Source of the DNA: Candidatus Azambacteria bacterium
GTDB lineage: Bacteria > Patescibacteriota > Minisyncoccia > GWC2-36-17 > WO2-46-25
Assembly (NCBI GenBank): GCA_016234725.1
Contig: JACRAK010000007.1
Coordinates: forward strand, 2,121 to 66,120
DNA length: 64,000 nt
Reading direction: 5' to 3'
Below the pieces are notes generated by a model. That model did not search any database, was not told the origin of the DNA, and was given only the letters and a program-made list of their open reading frames with translations. A program made the position numbers and the translations under genes. Positions 15,170-24,225 of this stretch are shown here, in pieces. Each line of letters begins with the position of its first letter. Position 1 is the stretch's first letter.

Positions 15170-15718
15170 TTATTCAATTCCGAATACGCGCTTTAATTTT
15201 TCTTCCCCTTCAAAGCGGGACACATACATGAGTATGATGTGATCCCGAACACCCCAAAATACGCCAAGCGCATCTATTTCCTTCTCGCATGGAAACGGAG
15301 ATAAAAACACGCTCTTTTGCAGCTGATAAAAATCGAGTTCTTTTAATTTCCGTCGCAGCGCATCGCGCGCCGTATTCTTATGGCTCGGGATATCAAACAT
15401 CACCAACCGCCATGTACCATCCCAGCGCTTCGGCCGTGCAAGCGTCATGGTTTCAAGATTATATTTCAACACCGCTTCTTTTCCGCCCGCCTTTAATCGC
15501 AAACGGATCGTCCCATCTGCGGCCTCATGTATATCGATCAATTCTCGTTTCTGCAGGCGCTTCAGATCCTGCATAAATTTGTTTTTTTCAAATTTTTTCG
15601 CGCGCATATACTCCCGTAGCAATTGGCGGGGGAGAAGAGGATTTGCGACGGAAAGCGCCGCAACACCGCCGGCAAGCGCCACGAAATGCAAAATCTTTTT
15701 TGTATGCGAATCTTTCAT
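15170..15718 (-). CDS. hypothetical protein: N-terminal hydrophobic segment, wHTH-like region, C-terminal Cas2/VapD-like (PaaX-C-like) fold suggested by WRLVMFDIPSHKNTARDALRRKLKELDFYQLQKSVF
   Basis: 182 aa ORF; the motif resembles the Cas2/VapD beta-alpha-beta core; weak, family not certain. Confidence 0.4.
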   Translation of the reverse strand: MKDSHTKKILHFVALAGGVAALSVANPLLPRQLLREYMRAKKFEKNKFMQDLKRLQKRELIDIHEAADGTIRLRLKAGGKEAVLKYNLETMTLARPKRWDGTWRLVMFDIPSHKNTARDALRRKLKELDFYQLQKSVFLSPFPCEKEIDALGVFWGVRDHIILMYVSRFEGEEKLKRVFGIE

Positions 15719-15755
15719 ATATATCTATATCCTATCTCCAGTATATCAGATATTT

Positions 15756-15789
15756 GTCACAAAATCACGCATACGCGTGATTTTGTGAC
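15756..15789. repeat. dispersed palindromic element copy 2 (gtcacaaaatcacgc-atac-gcgtgattttgtgac)
   Basis: variant of the 15125 and 24111 copies. Confidence 0.75.
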
Positions 15790-15904
15790 AAGCTTATGAA
15801 AAGATGTAGCGCACGGTGGGCGCGTACTATGCATTGTGCAACCATAAAAAAGGTGGTATAAAAGCCTGGTATCGTTATCGTATTTACTGCGCGCGCGCCT
15901 GTAG

Positions 15905-15979
15905 CTCAACGGATAGAGCGCATCCCTGCGAAGGATGAGACCGAGGTTCAATTCCCCGCAGGCGCACCAATAGCATTTC
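15905..15979 (+). tRNA. tRNA-Arg (anticodon GCG) with encoded CCA
   Basis: acceptor GCGCCTG/CAGGCGC, D-arm GCTC-AACGGATA-GAGC, anticodon stem CATCC/GGATG, loop CTGCGAA, T-loop TTCAATT, one A-C mismatch in the T-stem. Confidence 0.7.
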
Positions 15980-16121
15980 ATACATTGTTGGCTCTCAAAG
16001 AAACACTGTATGACACGCCCATAATTGAACCAGGGAAGGGGTCGGGAAACCTATGGGTTTCCCGTTGCGGAAATATTAAAACCGAAGGGTTTTAAAAAGT
16101 GAGCGAGGTGACGAGCGAGCG

Positions 16122-16144
16122 CGTTCAATTCCCCGCAGGCGCAC
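16122..16144 (+). repeat. 23-nt direct repeat of the tRNA-Arg 3' end (gttcaattccccgcaggcgcacc), att-like scar
   Basis: exact copy of 15956-15978, about 165 bp downstream. Confidence 0.75.
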
Positions 16145-16190
16145 CGAAGCAAAACCCTCTCGCACATACGCGCGAAGGGGTTTTGCACAT

Positions 16191-16610
16191 ATGCACATAG
16201 CGGGGAAGCGAGCTTCCGTATATAATGGAGGCATGGCGAAAAAGAGAAAGAGTATCCTTATCATAGAAGACGAGGCGGCGCAGATCCACGCGCTCGAAAA
16301 AACATTTCTCAAAGAGGGGTATGCCGTGCATGCCGCGGAAAACGGACAGGAAGGATTCGAGAAAGCAAAAGTGGAAACGCCCGATGTCATTCTGCTTGAT
16401 ATCATCATGCCGGTCATGGACGGCATCACCGCGCTTGAAAAAATAAACGGCGACGATGACACAAAACACATTCCCGTGATCGTGCTCACCAATTTCGCGC
16501 TGTATGAACAAGTGCGCCCGTTCATGGACCAGGGCAAAGACCATTTCCTTACCAAGATCAACACGTCGCTTAAAGACGTCGTTACAAAAGCAAACACCAT
16601 TCTCTCGTGA
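16191..16610 (+). CDS. standalone response-regulator receiver (CheY-like REC) protein; probable start at the Met at 16233
   Basis: ILIIEDE...DVILLDIIMPVMDG...KHIPVIVLT...K motifs; no output domain. Confidence 0.8.
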   Translation: MHIAGKRASVYNGGMAKKRKSILIIEDEAAQIHALEKTFLKEGYAVHAAENGQEGFEKAKVETPDVILLDIIMPVMDGITALEKINGDDDTKHIPVIVLTNFALYEQVRPFMDQGKDHFLTKINTSLKDVVTKANTILS

Positions 16611-18517
16611 AACTCTCCCTTACACAACAAGCATTGCTGTTGTGCGCCATCACCCTGCTTTCAAGCGGCATCGCGCTGATATGGTTTGGCACCGATGCGC
16701 GCGTTCTTGTCCTTGCGATCACCATATCCATCGCAATGGCCGCATTCGGCGTGCGCATTCTTTTTTCCACGATACGATCCCTCAGCGATCTGCGTTCCCG
16801 CGTCGACCAAGTGGCAAAAGGGAACTATGACGTCATCACGCCGGTGCGCGGCATCGGCGAGATCGAAAAACTCGTCGACGCGTTCAACGTCATGGCGTTC
16901 CGGCTGAAACATCATGAGCGGCATCTCGCGCACAAAGCATACCAAGCCGCAGTGCTCAAAGAGATCTCGGAGCGCATCACCGCGTCGCTCGACGAAAGCG
17001 AAGCGGTGGAGATCATCGCGGGATCGCTCGGCAAGGTCGTGCCCTACAGCATCGCTTCGTATCTCACGCTCAAAAACAACGGCGCCGCGCTCCTCAAGTG
17101 CCACATCGAAGAATCGGTCAACAAAGCATTCGCGGAGGAAGCAAAGCGCATCCTGTTTGGCGCGCTCGCTGCGCTTGGAAACAGCACGCTCTCAGAAGAA
17201 CAGATCGAAAAAACGATATGTTTTGGCGCATTCTTTGACGAGGAAGCAAAAGCCCCCGTGCGCTCGCACTTTACGCTTCCCATATATGTGAATAGCGCGC
17301 TCACCGGGATCATCACCGTCACCTCCGCAACGCCGAATCTGTATAAGGAAGAGGAGATAGGTATTTTATACACTGTCACGGAACAGGCGGGCGCGACGAT
17401 ATCGAAAACGAAAGCTCTCATCGCCGAGGAGTCGAACAAGACCCAGTCCATGCTTTCGTCCATCAACGAAGGACTCATTATGGTCACCACCGGACAGAAA
17501 ATATCGATCATCAATGAAAAAGCGAAAGAGATCATCGGCATCCCGCACCAGGACAACCCCACATTGCTCGATGTCATTCAGGCGCTCTACGGTACATTCG
17601 ATTTTCGCGGCGCCACCGACCGCGTGCTTGCGTCCAAACAAACGCAATCATTCCAAGAATTCACCGCGGGGGCCAGCGCATACAAGATCATCGCGAACCC
17701 CGTGAAAGAAAAAGATGGGGACATCGTCGGCGTCGTATTCATCTTTTCCGACATCACGAAAGAAAAAGAGATCGACCGGATGAAAACGGAATTCATTTCC
17801 ATCACCTCGCACCAACTGCGCACGCCGCTCTCATCCATGAAATGGTTCCTTGAAATGCTCATCAACAAAGATGCCGGCGAACTGCCGGAAAAAGCAAAAA
17901 CGATCGTTGAGGATGTATACAGATCGAACGAGCGCATCATCACGCTCGTGAACGACCTGCTTGATGTATCGCGCATCGAGGCGGGCAAGATGCAGAACGA
18001 ACCGACGCCGACCAACCTCATTGAATTCCTCAAAAGCATGCTTCCGGAAGCAGAGCAACAATTCAAGCAACGGTGTCAAACATTCGAATTCCGCCGGCCG
18101 GATACGCTTCCGCGCGCGATGGTGGACCCCAAGCTCGTATGGCAGGTGATCGGGAATCTTTTGAGCAATGCGTCCAAATACACGCCGGAAGGAGGGAAAA
18201 TATCGCTTGAGCTTTCTATTCACGATGATGCCGTTCTTTGTGCGATCACCGACAACGGCTACGGCATCCCTGAATTCCAACAGCATCGGATATTCGAGAA
18301 ATTCTTCCGCGCGGACAATACCGCGAAAATGGAAGGCACCGGGCTTGGCATGCACATCGCGCGGCAGATCACCAACGCGATGGGAGGAACACTATGGTTT
18401 GAATCCGCAGAAGGAAAAGGAACGGCGTTTTATCTTTCGCTGCCGATCACCGGCGCAAAAAAACAGGAAAAACCCGTGCGGTCACGCGCTAAAAATGATA
18501 CACTGCAACCCATATGA
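16607..18517 (+). CDS. membrane sensor histidine kinase (2 TM, HAMP, GAF/PAS-like, HisKA, HATPase_c)
   Basis: H-box EFISITSHQLRTPLSSMKWFLEML; G-boxes GTGLGMHIARQI; GTG start overlapping the REC stop. Confidence 0.85.
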   Translation: MKLSLTQQALLLCAITLLSSGIALIWFGTDARVLVLAITISIAMAAFGVRILFSTIRSLSDLRSRVDQVAKGNYDVITPVRGIGEIEKLVDAFNVMAFRLKHHERHLAHKAYQAAVLKEISERITASLDESEAVEIIAGSLGKVVPYSIASYLTLKNNGAALLKCHIEESVNKAFAEEAKRILFGALAALGNSTLSEEQIEKTICFGAFFDEEAKAPVRSHFTLPIYVNSALTGIITVTSATPNLYKEEEIGILYTVTEQAGATISKTKALIAEESNKTQSMLSSINEGLIMVTTGQKISIINEKAKEIIGIPHQDNPTLLDVIQALYGTFDFRGATDRVLASKQTQSFQEFTAGASAYKIIANPVKEKDGDIVGVVFIFSDITKEKEIDRMKTEFISITSHQLRTPLSSMKWFLEMLINKDAGELPEKAKTIVEDVYRSNERIITLVNDLLDVSRIEAGKMQNEPTPTNLIEFLKSMLPEAEQQFKQRCQTFEFRRPDTLPRAMVDPKLVWQVIGNLLSNASKYTPEGGKISLELSIHDDAVLCAITDNGYGIPEFQQHRIFEKFFRADNTAKMEGTGLGMHIARQITNAMGGTLWFESAEGKGTAFYLSLPITGAKKQEKPVRSRAKNDTLQPI

Positions 18518-19947
18518 CGTTTCAGATCAAGCTCACGCTCCTTTTCACCCTTCTCATCGCCGTTCTCATTGGCGGGCTTTTTTATGAGTTCGACACCACG
18601 GTAGAAAGCTATTTGAGAAACACGGCGATCAAAAATTTTCACGCCATCGTTGAAACAAGCGAAGGAGCGTATTTCGCGTTCGCCGATAAAATAAAAACGA
18701 GGACGCTTGACTGGAGCTCGGACGGCGCCATCCGCGCCGCGACAGGGAACATCCTCTCGCTCCCGGAAGGGGAAGAGCATGCGGCTGCCGTAAACAACCT
18801 TGCTCGCTACCTCCGCGAAGAAAAACTGAAACATGATCCCTCGATAAGCATCATCGATATTCTCGATAAAAACGGCATCGTCGTCGTTTCTTCGCGCGCC
18901 GACCGCATCGGCATCGATGAAAAAAAGGAAGAAGAAAAATTCCACGCGCACCGATTCAGCGAAGCGATCGCTTCGCCATTATTCCGCGAAGTGTTCGTCA
19001 CCAATGTCGTCTATGAGCCCGACGAAGGCATGGAGCCGATGATCCACGCCGTCACGCGCATCTTCTCTGCGGTGAAAGACGCGCAGGGCAACCTCGTGCC
19101 GATGGATGCGGTGATGCTCCTGCACTTCACCAATATCGATGAGCTCGGCAACATACTCTCGGGCCAACAGCAGATCGAGCAGGGCGCGCTCAGCGGACGC
19201 GTGCTGTTTGAATACCTCAAAACCGCCGACATCTACATGGTGAACAAAGACAATCTCATCATCACCCCTTCCCGTTTTGTCGGAGACGCGCTTCTGAAAC
19301 TCCGCGTCAACACGTATCCGGTGAAGGCGTGCCTTGAGGAAGGGCGTGAGATCGCGGGGGAATACACCAACTACCGGGGCATCAGGGTGTTTGGCGCGTC
19401 CATGTGCCTTGTGCGCGACCATACCGTGCTTATTGCGGAAGTGCAAGCAGACGAGATATTGGCGCCGATAAAAGCATTTCGCTCAAAACTCGCGCTTGCG
19501 AGCATTCTTATCGCGCTTGCGGGCGCGCTCGGTGTTTCGCTGTTAAGCCGTTTCTTTTTGAGAAATCTCAAGCCGATCGCACTCGCGGTAAACGAAGTTG
19601 CGCTTGGGAACGCTTCTGTCCGCGCGAAAATAAAAGGGCATGATGAGATCGCACAGGTGGGACTCGTGTTCAACCAGATGCTTGATGCCATTGAAAAAAC
19701 CGGCCGCGAGCTGCAAGACGCGCAAACCAAGCTCACGAGCATCAATACCGATCTTGAACAGCGCGTGAAAGAACGCACCGGGGAGTTGGAACAGCTGAAA
19801 GCGGGTCTTGAACAAACCGTCATGGAACGGACACAGGAAATGAAAGAAAAAATGGAAGAACTCGAAAAATTCAAAAAACTCACCGTCGGCAGAGAATTAA
19901 AAATGATAGAACTTAAAAAAGAGATCGAAATGTTAAAAAATAAGTAG
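18514..19947 (+). CDS. membrane sensor protein with periplasmic Cache-like region, HAMP domain and C-terminal coiled coil (no kinase or MCP signalling domain)
   Basis: N-terminal TM LTLLFTLLIAVLIGGLF; second TM then HAMP (LKPIALAVNEVALGNASVRAKIKGHDEIAQVGLVFNQMLDAI); heptad-rich C-terminus. Confidence 0.6.
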   Translation: MTFQIKLTLLFTLLIAVLIGGLFYEFDTTVESYLRNTAIKNFHAIVETSEGAYFAFADKIKTRTLDWSSDGAIRAATGNILSLPEGEEHAAAVNNLARYLREEKLKHDPSISIIDILDKNGIVVVSSRADRIGIDEKKEEEKFHAHRFSEAIASPLFREVFVTNVVYEPDEGMEPMIHAVTRIFSAVKDAQGNLVPMDAVMLLHFTNIDELGNILSGQQQIEQGALSGRVLFEYLKTADIYMVNKDNLIITPSRFVGDALLKLRVNTYPVKACLEEGREIAGEYTNYRGIRVFGASMCLVRDHTVLIAEVQADEILAPIKAFRSKLALASILIALAGALGVSLLSRFFLRNLKPIALAVNEVALGNASVRAKIKGHDEIAQVGLVFNQMLDAIEKTGRELQDAQTKLTSINTDLEQRVKERTGELEQLKAGLEQTVMERTQEMKEKMEELEKFKKLTVGRELKMIELKKEIEMLKNK

Positions 19948-19970
19948 CGATGCGAATATACGAATTATAC
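19944..19970. repeat. left inverted repeat of the GxxExxY cassette (gtagcgatgcgaatatacgaattatac)
   Basis: 25/27 nt perfect reverse complement of 20369-20404. Confidence 0.85.
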
Positions 19971-19972
19971 TA

Positions 19973-20374
19973 ATGATACAAATAGCTGAAAAGAAAAATA
20001 AAATTATATGTCCGGAGTTGTCCTATTTATTAACCGGTATTTGTTTTGATGTTCACAACACAAAAGGGAGGTTTTTAAGAGAAAAACAATATGGGGATGA
20101 AATTGAATTACGATTAAAAGAAGCGGGCTTGCCTTATATACGAGAAGCTTCAATCGAAAAAACAGGCAATATTATAGATTTTATTATTGATGAGAAAATT
20201 ATTTTAGAAATTAAAGCAAAACGGCTTTTAGAAAAAGGGGATTTTTACCAAACCCAACGCTATTTGCAAATAACAAATTTTAAACTTGGGCTTTTAGTAA
20301 ATTTTCGCAATCGTTATCTAAAACCAGTAAGGATTATTAAGATAGAAACAGACAATAGGCATAAATTTGTATAA
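19973..20374 (+). CDS. GxxExxY protein (PD-(D/E)XK nuclease superfamily; a family typically encoded in 23S rRNA intervening sequences)
   Basis: REKQYGDEIELRLKEAG...IIDFIIDEKIILEIKAKRLL...QTQRYLQITNFKLGLLVNF; AT-rich relative to neighbours. Confidence 0.75.
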   Translation: MIQIAEKKNKIICPELSYLLTGICFDVHNTKGRFLREKQYGDEIELRLKEAGLPYIREASIEKTGNIIDFIIDEKIILEIKAKRLLEKGDFYQTQRYLQITNFKLGLLVNFRNRYLKPVRIIKIETDNRHKFV

Positions 20375-20404
20375 TTCGCATAATTCGTATATTCGCATCG
20401 CTAC
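20369..20404. repeat. right inverted repeat of the GxxExxY cassette (with a 9-bp internal duplication)
   Basis: reverse complement gtagcgatgcgaatatacgaattat[gcgaattat]ac. Confidence 0.85.
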
Positions 20405-20418
20405 TCTTAATAAAATAT

Positions 20419-20919
20419 ATGGCCCAACAAAACGACGTATTGAAAAAAATAACCCCGCGAAATCCGGCCGACCTCGCGCTCGCGAACCTCATGCCGCGCC
20501 GCCCCACGATGGGCCCCGATGTACCGGTCGTATTGTGGCGGGTATTGCGCCTGGTAAGCTTGCACGACATACTCGGAGATGAAACGCCGGCCATCGCATA
20601 TCTTATGGGTAAGCGCCTCGGCGCCATGCTCGGCGCGAAAACCATCGAAGAACTGCACGAACAGCTCACCCGGATGAAGATCGGCAGGCTTGATCTTTCC
20701 GTGAACACGCCCGATGCCGTGCATCTTGCGATCGGCGAATGCCTCACGTGCGACGGCATCACGCCGCCTATCGGCAGGGCGATATGCCAGCTTGAAGCGG
20801 GCGTCATCGCGGGGGCGCTTGAGACCATCTATCCGGGGAGAAAGGCCGCGGGCGAAGAAACAAAATGCATCGGCGGGCTTGGCGATGACGTGTGTCTTAT
20901 TGAATGCCGCATTATTTAG
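20419..20919 (+). CDS. V4R (4-vinyl reductase-like) small-molecule-binding domain protein
   Basis: C-terminal IGECLTCDG...CQLEAGVIAGALE resembles the V4R ExxxCxxxG core; translationally coupled to the downstream kinase (15-nt overlap). Confidence 0.5.
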   Translation: MAQQNDVLKKITPRNPADLALANLMPRRPTMGPDVPVVLWRVLRLVSLHDILGDETPAIAYLMGKRLGAMLGAKTIEELHEQLTRMKIGRLDLSVNTPDAVHLAIGECLTCDGITPPIGRAICQLEAGVIAGALETIYPGRKAAGEETKCIGGLGDDVCLIECRII

Positions 20920-22280
20920 CCCTTATGAAAGAGCACCCTTCCGCGCCCCTCAGCGCGGCACAGCGCGAGATAGAGCGCGTCAAGATCGTCTATGAAGAAG
21001 ACGCTATGGCGCGCCGGGTACGCGCCCAAGCCGAGGAACGACTTCATGAAAAAAGGATCGAAGATCAATCGCTGCGGCTTAAAAGCAAAATGGAGGAATT
21101 GCGCGATGGCGAGATCGCCACGCTCAACATCCTCGAAGACACGCGCGAGCTGGAGCTCACGCTGGAATCAGAGCGCGACCGGCTTTCCCATATTATCGCA
21201 TCCATGAACGAAGGATTAGTGTTCATCGATAACGCATATCGCATCATTCTTGCCAACCCTGTCGCGGCTAACATGCTTGAGATCGCCGTGGAAAAAGCAC
21301 CCGGCATAAATCTGATCGACATCACCACCCTCTGGAAGGGAAACAAAAAACTTTCCACCGAAGAGCGGTTCAGCACGAAAGCACTGACGACCGGCAAGCC
21401 CGTTTTTGCCTCGCTCGCAGATGATATTTTTATAGAGACGCAGAGCGGAAGAAAATTCCCTGTCGCGTTCATGATCTCTCCGCTCACCGAGAAAAACGAC
21501 GCGACAGAAGCGGTGATAGTGTTTCGCGACATCACCGAAGAAAAAAATCTTGCTGAAGCGCAGAAGAGCTTCGCATCGGTCGCGTCGCATCAGCTCCGCA
21601 CGCCGCTCACCGCCGTCCAATGGAATCTTGAACTCCTGATGGGCAAAGAAGTGGGAACGCTCACCGACAAACAAAAACAATTCGCCCTCGATGCATATGA
21701 AGGAGCGGAAAAGCTCGTCGAAACGATCAACCTGCTTCTTTCGCTCACGCGGGTGGAAAGCGGATTTGTTCAAATAGATCCTTCGCCGATCGCGATCCCT
21801 GATTTCATGCGCGCCATTGCGGATGAGCTCGCGCCGCTTGCCGCCCAAAAAGAACTTACGCTCACCATGCGTGAGCCCCAAGATCCGATACCGCACATCA
21901 TGCTTGATGCGCCCATGCTCCGTGAAGTTGCCGTGAACATTCTTTCAAACGCGATCCGCTATTCCAACCCGGGAGGCGCGGTGGAGGTGGCATTCGAAAC
22001 AAGCGATAGCGCCGTCACGATATCGGTGAAAGACAACGGTATCGGGATCCCCGCGGCGCAGCATTCCCGCATCTTTGAAAAATTCTTCCGTGCGGACAAC
22101 GCCATCCGCAAAACCGCGGACGGCACGGGGCTCGGCCTCAACCTCGCCAAAGCGCTCGTCACGCTGTGGCACGGTACGCTATGGTTTGCATCAGAAGAAG
22201 GAAAGGGCACGACGTTCTATTTCACCATTCCCTACGAAGGCATAAAAGAAAAGCGCGAAGGAAAATCACTTGTCATGTGA
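20904..22280 (+). CDS. cytoplasmic PAS-domain sensor histidine kinase
   Basis: H-box FASVASHQLRTPLTAVQWNLELL; HATPase G-boxes DNGIGIP, GTGLGLNLAK; no TM segments. Confidence 0.85.
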   Translation: MPHYLALMKEHPSAPLSAAQREIERVKIVYEEDAMARRVRAQAEERLHEKRIEDQSLRLKSKMEELRDGEIATLNILEDTRELELTLESERDRLSHIIASMNEGLVFIDNAYRIILANPVAANMLEIAVEKAPGINLIDITTLWKGNKKLSTEERFSTKALTTGKPVFASLADDIFIETQSGRKFPVAFMISPLTEKNDATEAVIVFRDITEEKNLAEAQKSFASVASHQLRTPLTAVQWNLELLMGKEVGTLTDKQKQFALDAYEGAEKLVETINLLLSLTRVESGFVQIDPSPIAIPDFMRAIADELAPLAAQKELTLTMREPQDPIPHIMLDAPMLREVAVNILSNAIRYSNPGGAVEVAFETSDSAVTISVKDNGIGIPAAQHSRIFEKFFRADNAIRKTADGTGLGLNLAKALVTLWHGTLWFASEEGKGTTFYFTIPYEGIKEKREGKSLVM

Positions 22281-22305
22281 TCCCTATTGGAACTACTATT
22301 AATCT

Positions 22306-22557
22306 ATGACCGACACAAAAAATCTTATCGCCGCCTGCATCACCGCGCACATGCATGTGCTCGGGCCTGTCGCCGCACTCGCGCTCGCGCGAAAAATAGC
22401 ATCGCTGACCATAGCCGACAACGGCGACGTGCTTGCGATCGCTGACAACCCCGAAGCGGCGCTGGAAGAACTCAAAAACGCGTATCTCTCCTTTGCGCAA
22501 GAAGCATCACGGGCGATCCTGCGCGCCCTCGCGCAAAAACACCCGCCACTGCCTTAA
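22306..22557 (+). CDS. hypothetical small protein (83 aa)
   Basis: ORF directly after the kinase stop; Ala/Leu-rich, no recognised motif. Confidence 0.4.
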   Translation: MTDTKNLIAACITAHMHVLGPVAALALARKIASLTIADNGDVLAIADNPEAALEELKNAYLSFAQEASRAILRALAQKHPPLP

Positions 22558-22627
22558 CTGTTACCGATCTTCCGTCGTCCGACGACCGAATGCCCCGTTG
22601 TTCGAGATCGGACTCCAAATACTGAAA

Positions 22628-24085
22628 ATGACACGTCATAGAGCGCTGCAATTTCTCGCGTTTCTCGCATTGACGATACCAGCGCTCCCGCCGGCGCTTT
22701 TTCCCTTCTTTCAACCCTACACCTTCGGCAAAACAACGTTGTTTGAGATCATCGTCGAAGCGATGGCGTTGGTATGGCTTTCCACACGGCTCTTCCGCGC
22801 ATGGACGATCTTCACGAGACCGTATCTCGTGAAAATTGCCCTGCTGACTTTTGCGGTCGCCGCAACGCTTTCCACTCTTTTTGCGGATAATCCCGTGACA
22901 AGCTTCTGGGGATCAAGCGCGCGGATGGACGGCCTGTTCACGCTCTTTCATTTCGTTATATTCTTTTTCATGCTCGCCGCATCATTCGCTGAAAACGCAT
23001 GGCGCCGCCTTATGCAGGTTTCCGTAGGCGCGGGGACATTTGCGGCGCTGTATGGCATCGCGCAATGGTTTGGCGCGCCGTTTGTTGTAGCAAGCGGGGG
23101 GGAGATATTCGGGACGCTCGGCAACCCGTCATATCTCGCGCTGTATCTTTTGTTCACCGTCTTCCTTGCGCACCATCTCGCACAACAAGAAAGCAAACGA
23201 GAAACCGCTATCCTTTTGTATTGTGCGGCGGCGATACAGGTCATCGCGCTGCTGCTTACGCAGGTGCAGGCGGCAACGCTCGCGCTTGCGGCCGGCGCGC
23301 TTGTTGCGGCATATCCGCATATCCGCGCACGCATCACCCTCACGCGCAGCGCTGTCGCGCTCATAAGCATAGGCGCGCTTATCTTTTTATTTTCTTTCAG
23401 CGCGAATTTTGCGAAGCTCGCTTCGTTGTCGGAAGGAGGCGCGTCACTGTACAATAGAATTGCGGTGTGGCGCATCGCACTCTCAGGCATCGCGGAAAAA
23501 CCGCTTTTCGGCCACGGAGCAAATAATTTTGAGTCGTATTACCTTGCGCAAAAAAATATGGGGGGCGTCCCTCTTCCGGCAACAGGCGAAACATTCGACA
23601 AACCGCACAACGCATATCTTGAACTCGCGTTTTCCTACGGCATCGTCGGGCTTGCCGCATATCTTTTTTTTGTGGGGATGATCATACGCCGCGCGCGGGC
23701 GTTTCCCGCGCTTTGGGGCGCGCTTATGAGTTATCTCGCGTTTCTCTTTTTCTTTTTTGACACGTTCGCATCGCTTCTTGTGTTCTTTTTTGTCGCGGCA
23801 TTTCTGTTCTCTTCTTCTCCCGAAGAGAACAGTGATAGCGCTGTACAAAAAACCGTTTCTCCTTTTACTCTTGTCGCAGGCGGCATCGCGCTTGCGGCGA
23901 TCTTTTTCACATTTCATTTCAGGCCGCTCTATTCCGCATACTTTGCCCGTCAATTTCTCATGCAAACAGCAACAACGCAAACCTCCAATGAGACGCTCAA
24001 AGCAAAGGCACTTCGGCACCATGCCTTTAACGCTCCTTTTATCGAACGCGCCATCTTGCTTGCCGAGCGTGTGATTAAAAAATAA
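22628..24085 (+). CDS. O-antigen ligase / Wzy_C-family polytopic membrane protein (possibly a pilin O-oligosaccharyltransferase, PglL/PilO-type); start moved to the Met at 22628
   Basis: about 10 TM helices; Wzy_C core RIAVWRIALSGIAEKPLFGHGANNFESYY...HNAYLELAFSYGIVGL. Confidence 0.7.
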   Translation: MTRHRALQFLAFLALTIPALPPALFPFFQPYTFGKTTLFEIIVEAMALVWLSTRLFRAWTIFTRPYLVKIALLTFAVAATLSTLFADNPVTSFWGSSARMDGLFTLFHFVIFFFMLAASFAENAWRRLMQVSVGAGTFAALYGIAQWFGAPFVVASGGEIFGTLGNPSYLALYLLFTVFLAHHLAQQESKRETAILLYCAAAIQVIALLLTQVQAATLALAAGALVAAYPHIRARITLTRSAVALISIGALIFLFSFSANFAKLASLSEGGASLYNRIAVWRIALSGIAEKPLFGHGANNFESYYLAQKNMGGVPLPATGETFDKPHNAYLELAFSYGIVGLAAYLFFVGMIIRRARAFPALWGALMSYLAFLFFFFDTFASLLVFFFVAAFLFSSSPEENSDSAVQKTVSPFTLVAGGIALAAIFFTFHFRPLYSAYFARQFLMQTATTQTSNETLKAKALRHHAFNAPFIERAILLAERVIKK

Positions 24086-24110
24086 GCGGAAGGAATGTGT
24101 AATACAATTA

Positions 24111-24142
24111 TCACAAACTCACGCATACGCGTGAGTTTGTGA
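24111..24142. repeat. dispersed palindromic element copy 3 (tcacaaactcacgc-atac-gcgtgagtttgtga) followed by a T-run; likely also the terminator of the Wzy_C gene
   Basis: same arms as 15125-15156; followed by tttatcttgttctttt. Confidence 0.8.
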
Positions 24143-24225
24143 TTTATCTTGTTCTTTTGCAAAAATCAACGATACGCAATCCACAGAAAGAAAAAAGGTA
24201 ATGATTATGCTATACTGAAAACACC

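Noticed and set aside
15757-15981. 74-aa minus-strand ORF
   Set aside because: It overlaps tRNA-Arg and the 32-nt palindrome; an artefact
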